A DNA stretch of 64,000 nucleotides from the human T2T-CHM13v2.0 reference genome, Homo sapiens. The DNA lies in the NCBI RefSeq assembly GCF_009914755.1, contig NC_060947.1, one strand, 5' to 3'. Below are positions 54,678 to 64,000 of this stretch, piece after piece; position 1 is the stretch's first letter, and each line of letters starts with the position of its first letter. The notes under the pieces were generated by a model. The model did no database searches. It was not told the origin of the DNA and was given only the letters and a program-made list of their open reading frames with translations. The position numbers and the translations under genes are program-made.

Positions 54678-57200
54678 AGAAGTGGTGCCGGGTAGGAACC
54701 ACGGTTCCTTCGTCCATTAGTTGGAAAAAGTAACAGACCTAAAACTCTACCAAGCTACTAAAAACATTGCACATCTGTGCTTCCTAAAAGGAAATATGCA
54801 GCACGTGGAGGGGAACACATACATGTCTTGAAAATAAACTGCTAGAATAAAGAAATGCTGGAGAAATTGATTATAAGAGACTATAGCTATTTAGTAAAGT
54901 AAGTAAAGGCATATCCATTGTGTAAATTAATAGTTTAAATATAATTTATTTTTTCCTTTTGATCTGAATACTTTTAAAGCTTAAGTTTTATCGTGTAAAT
55001 ACATTAGCTAAACTGAAAAGTATAAGTAACATGCTTTGTTGCAGCCAAAAAATGTAATCTGCTTTTTTATGACAGAATTATTATAGCTGAGCTGACTTAC
55101 TAGCTTTTCTATACTATGTATATAGAAGAACATGTATATTGAGAAAGAAAACATACTTATATAGAGGAATTTATGTAACCATGACTTTGTAATTTTGAGA
55201 ATTCCTCCCAGTGATGGTCAGTATTCTTTTGGAATGTAAACCGATTTAATGCCAAACCACCTTAACCTTTGTTTCTCAGTGTTCCTTAACAGCCTGCCTT
55301 TTATTAATCTCAGGCTTTTTTATGAACACTCTCATTTCAGTAGAATTTGGAAAACTAAGCGTGGTTGGAATTTCTTTGAATTCTGTTAGTAATGCCCAAA
55401 AGAAAAGTCTCAAGCAGTCCCCCTATCCAGTCATTTTTATGGAGTTTCATGTTGTCCACTATAGCTGGACACTGAACCTTTTGCCTAATTTATTATAAAG
55501 GCCTGACCCTCTATTGTCCCATCTTCACCCCCATTCCAGAGCAGAGGAGTCTCTGTGGACCATGAATTGCACTGTCTCCCTCCTCATTTCTAAATGAAAG
55601 GTATTAGATATAAATTTTTTTGAAAGGTTAGTTGTTTGAGATGCTAAGCAGGATAATAAATTTAGATTTTAAAATGTTCCCTGTAAAAGTCAGCCCATGA
55701 CAAGGAAATTTACAAAATACTAGAGTATCTAGAAGGGTGAAAACAAAAAAAAATAAAAAGAAACACAGACGCCCAGGTGTCAGCTCTCCGTTTAAAGAAT
55801 GAAAAATGTAACTCATGATGATCTGTGAAACCTTCAAACTAGGACCAATTGACTTACTTGATATTCTGCCTTTGATATGGTAGTACCCACCCGGTATTCC
55901 TAAAATCCTAAAAAGATACACCTTGCAGTAGCAGAGGCAATGACATGAGTTTGTTTTCTCATTAATATGACCAGTTTGGGTCTATGTTGGTTCACATGTA
56001 CATCTACTTTATATGAAAGAAAAAACAGTTGTCTGCCTGTAAAATGTTGAGTTTCGATTGAGCCATGTTTGGAGATTTTATTACTATTCTGAAGGGTAGT
56101 GTTGTTGGTTTTCATCTTCAAGAAGTTGATTCCAAAACTGAGTTATGAAGAATGATATAACAGTTCCTTCAAAATTGGCCTAGGAAATAAAACCTTAAAA
56201 GGACACTGGTGTGCTACTTTGTCTTAATTTGGGCTTTTCTGTTTCAGTTTGCCACCTCCAGCTGTGAAATGGACTGCAGTCCACCCTAAGTACTGTGCAC
56301 AGTATCTCCCTGTGTGTGTGCACAGTGGCTTCCCCTTACATGGTAGATTTTTGGCCTTAATATAATCTAATCCCAAAGTAGTTGTGTATGTTTTCTGTTC
56401 CTTGGCAAATAAATGAAGAAATAATTAGCCAAGATTGAAAATGTATTGTCCTAACGGTGTCCCTTTAATGTTTCATATGAAAAATTATGTTGACCCACTA
56501 AAATATCCTTGCTCAATGTCTGGTCAGTTGAATTTAATAACATATCTTGTTAATGTTTGTGTGTCTATTAAATGTGACTAAGCAGGATTACTGAAAATTC
56601 ACTATAAAATCAAAGGCATCTAAACGTTTGTACTTGTCTTGATTAATCATATATTTACACTTGATTTTTTTCTGTCTTCATTTGTTTTTATTTAATCATA
56701 ATTGCATGATTTTTTTGGTACTCTAATCAGTAATTTTATTTTTAATCATGTCATTACCTATTCATGACCAAATTACCAAGGAACCAACATTTAGATTTAG
56801 ATATTTGTTTTCACTTAGGAATGGAAATTAATAGATTTTCCATGAAAGCATTAGTGAAATATCATTACCTTGATCTGCAAGTAGCCTAAAAATGCGATTG
56901 CTGGTAAACCTGGCCTCAAATTTCATACTACCATAACTGTTTTTATATATTGCCACTAATTTTGACTGGATTTAATAGCACTTTATTGTACAACTACAAA
57001 AAAAAATATATTCCTAGAATTGTTGCCAGTGTAATTTCTCTAATGTTCTGGTGCTTTTCATATATTTTCAGTATTTTTATTACTATATTGGTATTTTCTT
57101 TGTATAAATTGATTGATTAAAAGAACATGTTTTCTATTTTAATATGTTTTAGAAAAATAATTACATTTATGAAATAAATATCATCAGGAAAAAAACCTCT
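54678..57200 (+). other. MOSPD2: MOSPD2 3'UTR with multiple polyadenylation signals (end approximate)
   Basis: AU-rich stretch without recognisable repeats; AATAAA at 54833, 54846, 55655, 55752, 56186, 56408, 57173. Confidence 0.7.
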
Positions 57201-58209
57201 GGTCTCTAATTGATAAAGCATCTTAAAGAAAATCAATATTCAACCTCACTCTGACCTTTTAAAGATCATAGTAATTTCTTTTGGATCTGCTTTGCATTTT
57301 TATAAGGACAGTGCTGCAGGCCTCCAAAGATACAATTCAATGTCAGGTTAGCCTGTCCTTTAGTGTGTCCTGTTTCTGCTCGTCCCCGTGTCGGGTGTAG
57401 CTGCTCTTCAGTGTAGTTCTTCGTTTTCCCCAGACATAGCATTGGACCCACTGTCATGCTTACAGCTCATTGTGGAGCCTGTTGCTGGAGCTGCAATGAG
57501 TCAGAATTGCCACGTAGTTTCCCCAGTCCTAGTATCCACACATAGTTCTCTCTGACAGCAGCAAGCAGGAGGCAGGCTAACAAGAAGTCTGCCCAACTGC
57601 CAGACACACAGGGAAGATAGCAGTGTGGCACTGATCATTCTGAAATCAGACAACATGCTCAGGACCCGGGACCTGGGGGGTGTTGCAGAGGGGCAGCAGG
57701 GAAGCCCAGGATGGTGATGTTAGAGGTTCTCAGGGTTGTTGATGTCTGGTCTGTCACCACTGAAATATACAACCTCCCAAATGGCAGCTACCTCTCCATA
57801 AAAATAGCATGAATGGGACAGGTCCCTCTTCTACACTGAAAAATATGTGGAGATAACAAAATCAGGTGGTTAAAGAGTCCCAACCCTCTGATAAATTCAA
57901 AATAGAGCCACAAAGAATGTTAACCTGCCAACAAACACCATACCAACCCGGGATGTGACAGGGTGGTCTCCGTCCCTAAAGGGCACAATTTTCTAGGAGA
58001 CTAGAGCTCCTGTCAGGAAAATCTCCAGCTAGGTAGGAAAGGATTGATGACTTTACAACAGTCTTCAGCTCTTTCTCCCCTAAATGTTTACCATCAACTC
58101 TAGGTTTCCTGACATCAGAACAATATGGGCCCTCAAAAGCATAGGGCTCCCCCTCTCTCCCTGGCCCAAAGAGACACACTAGAAATCTTCTGTTCCAACT
58201 GAAACAATG

Positions 58210-58360
58210 GTTGTTGGGAGTGAGGGCTCTGAGGTAAGACTACCTGTGTGACTTGCGAAAGTTAGCCAGTTTCAGCCTGCTTCCCTAAGTGATAATCATA
58301 GTACTACTCCACAGGTTAGGTGTGAGAATGAGAGAAAATAATGCATTTAAAGCATGCATG
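58210..58360 (+). mobile_element. MIR
   Basis: gataatcatagtactactccacaggtt...gtgagaatgag...aatgcatttaaagca. Confidence 0.6.
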
Positions 58361-59183
58361 GAGTCTAGCCTTGCTTTGTTAATATATTGCCTCCACCTCC
58401 TTGTCAATTCTCTAAACTTTTTCCTGTTTTTTATCCACTCTTGTATTCTTGGCACCTCAATAAAATTATCAAATCAGTTCTTTCACAGCTGCATCTTAAT
58501 TTGTCCTTATGTTGAATAAAAATTATCTCCCTGTAATGTCCAAAGAGTCTCATACCTTCTTTATTCCCCACTCATGTTGCCTGCCATGAAGAGTGAGACC
58601 AATCTCTTCCACGTGTTAAAATATTTGAAGACGACTGGTTTAACTGACAAGAATACAGAGAAATATCTCCCTGACCCATAGGGACAAGATTTGTGCATAT
58701 TTTCAAGTCTTCCTAGAGGGAAAATTTGAGTGGTCCTTGAAACCAGCAGTTTTCCCACGCTTATCTTGAGCAGTCTTAAGACAAAACATACTTGTCATAA
58801 CACGCAAATATGGTTGAGCAGCTTGAGTCAGATACCAAATAATTTTTTGGTCATAAGTGGAATACATCATAACATCTTGTCTTTTATAGGTAAGGAAACC
58901 AAGGGTCCAGGAAGTAATTTTTTCCCAAAGTAACATGACTAGTTGGTGTCAGAACAAAGAGTTTAATCTTTCAAGTCCAGTGCTGTCGTAACTGCCCAGA
59001 GCTGCCACATTTGAGTAGTAGGTTAAAATGCTGAACAGGTAGGTCTGAGAACTTTACTTCACCAACAGTATGAGAAGAAAAAAGAATGAAGATAAAATAC
59101 TTGAGAAGCAGAGGTGACAAAGTAAAATAGCCACTCAGGACCCTTGGCTGGAAGTTTTTTGGTATTCTAACCTATAGACAGAC

Positions 59184-59557
59184 TGCATTAGTCCATTCTC
59201 ACACTGCTATAAAGAACTACCTAAGACTGGGTAATTTATAAAGAAAGGTTTAATTGGCTCACGGTTCTGCAGGCTACACAGGAAGCATGGCTGGGGAAGC
59301 CTCAGGAAACTTAACAATCATGGGAGAAGACAAAGCAGAAGCAGGCATGTCTTACGTGGCTGGTGCAGGAGGAAGACAGAGAAGGGGGAGGTGCTACACA
59401 CCTTTTAAAAAACCAAATCTCATGAGAACTCACTATCACAAGAACAGCAAGGGGGAAATCCACCCCCACAATCCAGTCGCCTCCCACCAGGCCCCTCCTC
59501 CAACATTCCCCAATTTGGCATGAGATTTGGGTGGGGATGCAAATTCAAACCGTATCA
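59184..59557 (-). mobile_element. MSTA-type MaLR solo LTR
   Basis: tgcattagtccattctcacactgctataaag...caaaccgtatca; TSD cagac. Confidence 0.92.
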
Positions 59558-59764
59558 CAGACCATATTTTCAAAAAGGTTTTAAACATACAGGTTAACAT
59601 ATGTTTGCTTTGTGGAGTGGTTTGATGTGCAGCATCAACCTTCAGGGAGGTTTATTCATCTCTCTGTAGAAGGGCATATAGTAGGGTGTGTTGCCACCAG
59701 TTGTCTCAGGAGCCATCATCTAGTAGCCTGAACAGGTCTTGTATTTAATAAAATCAGAGCACAT

Positions 59765-60370
59765 ATGTTAGTTTTCTATTGCCATATAAAAAATTTCCAC
59801 AAGCTTAGCAGCTTAAAACAGCACAAATGTATTACCATCTCACAGTTTCTGTGGGTTGCAGTGGTACAGCATGGCTGGGTTCTCTGCTCAGGGGCTCGGT
59901 GGTCTGAAATCAAGATGTCAGCTGACTGCATCCTCCCTGGAGGCTCCACTAGGTAAAGATGCACTTTCAAGTGCCTTCAAGTTGTTGGCACAATTCATTT
60001 CCTTGTGACTATAGGACTGAGATTGTCAGTTTGCTAGCAAAAGGGACTACTCTCAGCTCCTAGAGGCCCCTCCCAGGTCTTTGCAGCTTCCCACCCCTAT
60101 AGGCAGTTTCCAGCATGGCTGTTGCTACCTCCAATCTTCCTTCAGAAAGGGCCGAGTTCCTTTTAAGGGCTCACCTGATTAAGTCAAGCCCACCCAGGAC
60201 AATATCCCTTGGGATCAACTCTAAGGTAGTTTATTCAGAACCTTAATTATATCTGCAAAATTCTTCTTAATCATGGGAGTGATACCCCATCACATTCACA
60301 AGCAACACCCCACCCCCGTACTCAAGGAGAGATGCTTGGAGTGTGTTGGGTGGGACCTGCAAACTCATCC
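59765..60370 (-). mobile_element. MLT1-family LTR
   Basis: agcagcttaaaacagcacaaatgtattaccatctcacagtttctgtggg...ccttaattatatctgcaaaa. Confidence 0.8.
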
Positions 60371-61770
60371 AATTCAGTCCCCCAGGAAACAGAGGGTTGA
60401 AAAGCTGAACTCAACCTTAAGCAGTGTGATTGACAGCTTTGAATTCACAGATGTTCCACACCTGAAAGGAAATAGACTAGAACTTCTTCATTAGGCACCA
60501 AATGGCGGGTGTTGAGACAACATATCTCTATCTTAGTTGGCTTTCTCTAGTCTCGCAGCTTCAGTTCACACAAGTATTCAAACTTTTATAAGTAAATTGT
60601 TAGAGGAAAGTATGTCACCACTATTTTAAACATTTATTCAATCATAAAAAGCACTTAAGAAAGATTCTCACAATGAGTTAATTTGCTAGGACAAAGGGTA
60701 CTTCCAGTAATTGTGTTCTTTTATAAATGAAGCTCTAGTGAAAGCAATTAGCTTTTTTAACTTTCCCTTTTCTTTCAGAATAATCCATTTGCTTCAGTTA
60801 ATTTGAGTTAGTTTTCTTAGACATAAATATGCTCCGTGGATGTAAGTAAATAAGAAGGTTAAAACTATTTAAAAAAAAAAAAAAAAGGAAACAATTCTTA
60901 CAGAAACCTGCATCATGATATCCAACATTTATACTGTCCAATTTACTTTGGATTAAATTCTAGTGCCTTGAATTCTATTATACCAGAAAGTCCTCTGCAC
61001 ATTTTCAGGTTGTTCTGGAGCTATGTATACATGTATATGTGTTTAAAAATCTCACTGATTTCTTGGTTCATTTTGGAAATCATGTACATATGTGTGTATT
61101 CTTAATAAGTTTCTGAATGCAAGAAATTTCCAAAACTCCTAATATTATGCCTGACCCTTTCATTGCTGAATCTGAGACTATAACAAACCAAGAAGCCAAT
61201 CATTTCTGTTTCTCAATCCAGTACCTATTTATCTTTTTTGCATCAAGTTTTCACTCTAATACTATCATACAGATTCGTTCAGTAGAACTTATGAAATTTG
61301 CCCTGAACTGCCTTCGCCCACTACCGTGCAAATATGGTTGAACAACTTGAATCAAATACCAAATAACTGTTTTCAGTCATAAACTAAATGTCAAAAATGT
61401 GTTTTGGGTACTTTTCCAATATTCTAGATTCTGTGACTCCAGCTACTTCCTTTTAGTGGGGGTGCAGAGGAAGGAAGCTATTATTAGAAGCAATAACAAT
61501 AGTATAACACAGTCCAGAAGAATTTAATTTTTTAAAATGTGGCTGAACTGGTAAGTTACTAAAAAGGATAAGTGAAAGGAAATTGACGTAAAAAGCAAAG
61601 CTTCCTTGCAAATCCTGTATTTACTGCTCTGGGATTTCTTAAAACTGCTTAAGAACTTAGTCATTAAAGGTGGAAGTGCATCTTACACAGGAGCTATATT
61701 CTAAAGTCAGTGCTTAGGATAGAATTGAGTATAGTTAGAACTGTTCTTTAAAAATCATTAGGAAGATGTC

Positions 61771-62066
61771 AGCTGGGTTCGGTGGCTCATGCCTGTAATG
61801 CCAGCACTTTGGGAGGCCGAGGTGGGTGGATCACCTGAGGTAGGGAGTTAGAGACCAGCCTGACCAACATGGAGAAACCCCATCTCTACTAAAAATACAA
61901 AATTAGCTGGGCATGGTGGCGCATGCCTGTATTTCCAGCTACTCGGGAAGCTGAGGAGGAGAATGCTTGAACCCAGGAGGCAGAGGTTGCGGTGAGCCAA
62001 GATCGCGCCTTTGCACTCCAGCCTGGACAACAAGAGTGAAACTCCGTCTCAAAAAAAAAAAAAAAA
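61771..62066 (+). mobile_element. AluS (Sp-like)
   Basis: Full dimer; TSD aaaatcattaggaag(a/g)tg. Confidence 0.95.
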
Positions 62067-62539
62067 ATCATTAGGAAGGTGCCACAACAGAAATGGCCAT
62101 AATAACTCATATCTTGGTGAATTAAACATTCATTTTTAACACCAGGTAAAGTATTTGGTTTACTTATTATTTTGCCAGGAGGAGGGGTCATGTAGTCTAA
62201 TAAATATATGTACTGTGTCTTTAAAACTAGAATCACCATCAGCAAGATTCTCCTGCTTTAAGAAGCACAAGAGAATTGAGAATGAATGAAAGAAAAACAT
62301 TTTTATTTACCATTCTACATGTGTGGAGTGGAACAGACCTTCTTCATTCTAAGAGTTAAGATGTAAGTGAGGTCGCTCACATAGTCAGGGCCAAAATCCG
62401 AACTGAAATCTGATCTTCCTCTTAGACAAACCTCTAAAAAGGGCCCTCAGGACATTTCCACTTGCATCCCTCTCCTTGTGGTCACACTCCAGTCTATTGT
62501 TTACATCCATCACTCTGGCAAAACAGTACAGTGTACTTG

Positions 62540-63870
62540 CTATGGCCCAGCAATGACCTCGTTGTTGCTTCTTCCAATGGATCCGCTTCGACTTGAGTCT
62601 GAAGTGAGTTCTTGCAGCAGCATTTGACTATATCAACCACAAGTTTTGTGAGACAACAAACTCCTGCTTTTTTCTCTCAGTGATATTCTTCAGTTTCCTT
62701 TACTGGCTCATCTTCCTTCGCCAAGTCTTTAAGATGTTGAAGTCAGAACTGAACTCTCTTTCCTCGCTCCCCTTTAGGTTAACTCCTCCAGACCCATGGC
62801 TGCAATTACCATCAATAAGCCATTAACCCTTGTATATTTCTAACCCAGACTTCCCATTTTAAGTCTAGACACACATACCCAGTATCACCTCAGCATTTCC
62901 AGGTATCCAACAGAAAATGTCAAAACCAACCTATAGCCTTGTCTTCCATCCTCATCTCAATGGATGGTAGGCTAGGCTAGGCTCCACCCATGTGACAAGT
63001 ACTGTATTATGCTATGTTCTGGGGACTAGATGGTGAATACTTCATGGAGTGTATAGTCTAATGGGGAGTGAGGCATTAATAAAAGTTGTACGAATTTTTA
63101 AATACAAGCTGTAATGAGTTTCATGAAGAAAACATGGTGGTGTCATGGGAGAATCTAATAAGGGGACCTCCATCCATTTACACCAGCTAGAAACTGAACT
63201 CCATCCTTGACACCACAGAGCCCACCCCTTGCCAATTCTCCCTCTTCATTGCCACCCTCACTTTAATCCACAGCTCTGTCACTTGGACTCCTGCAACAAT
63301 CTCATGTGGTCTCTGGGCATCTTCTACAATCCTTTCTCCATACTGATTCAGGAATATTCAGGGCCTATTGAAACTGCACATCCAGTCATGTCTCTCCCCT
63401 GATTAAAAGCTTCGAGTTGCTTTCATGGCTTTTCAACAATGATTAAACTTCCTAACTTGTCCTACAAAGTCCTGAATGATGAGCGGTTGCCTGCTTTCTG
63501 GCCTCATTCCCCTTGCTCCCTCTTCATTGTTCAATCCCATTCTCTGCTTGGAATTCTTCATCTCAGCCTTTCACCTTTACCGCTTCAGGATTGCTCTCAG
63601 CTCACCATTTGCTCAGAGAATGAATCCCTCATCCCAGGAATGTAGGTAGTCATGTCCCCTTATCAGATGCTCCCATGACGCCACCATGTTTTCTTCATAA
63701 CACTCATTATAGCTTGCATTTAAAAACGTGTACAATTTTTATAATGCCTCATTCCCAATTAGACTATAAACTCCATGAAGTATTCACCGTCTAGTCCCCA
63801 ACACGTAGCACAATACCGTACTTGCCACATGGGTGGAGCCTATCTGATGAAAATATTCCTGAACTTATAA
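62540..63870. mobile_element. L2 fragments
   Basis: cagtcatgtctctcccctgattaaaagctt, agactataaactccatgaag...tattcaccgt...agcacaatacc. Confidence 0.6.
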
Positions 63871-64000
63871 AAAAATAGACTATTTTTCAGTTCTAGGCTA
63901 GCCTTCCTTTTCTTCATTTCCAGCTTTTTGCCTCATGTACATCAATCAACTGACATTCATCAAGCACAGCTTTAGGCAAAGCATATAACTTGGTGCTCTA

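Noticed and set aside
57266-57457. Minus-strand 63-aa ORF just downstream of the MOSPD2 3' end
   Set aside because: No recognisable homology, splice context or promoter.

Overview
Primate, almost certainly human, genomic DNA from the X-linked FANCB/MOSPD2 head-to-head locus. The minus strand carries the 5' end of FANCB: non-coding exons 1 and 2, plus exon 3 with the start codon (MTSKQAMSS...) running off the left edge. The plus strand carries the complete 15-exon MOSPD2 gene. I rebuilt it by hand from GT-AG junctions: 1557 nt CDS, 518 aa plus stop, with CRAL-TRIO domain, acidic linker, MSP domain and C-terminal membrane anchor, followed by a ~2.5 kb 3'UTR. The two genes share a CpG-island bidirectional promoter at ~7.4-8.3 kb. 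The rest is intronic or intergenic DNA dense in Alu, L1, L2, MIR, MaLR/ERVL LTRs and DNA-transposon fossils, and almost all ORFs in the supplied track are repeat-derived or spurious. I see no evidence of a new multi-gene system. The best second-look items are: a 69-bp templated copy of one LTR junction into another LTR 3.2 kb away; a THE1/MLT2-like chimeric LTR inside one TSD; a very young AluYd-lineage insertion; spliced uORFs in both genes; a candidate 3'UTR intron; and a candidate self phospho-FFAT motif in MOSPD2. Gene names and repeat subfamilies come from recall of known sequences, not a database search, and repeat boundaries are approximate.
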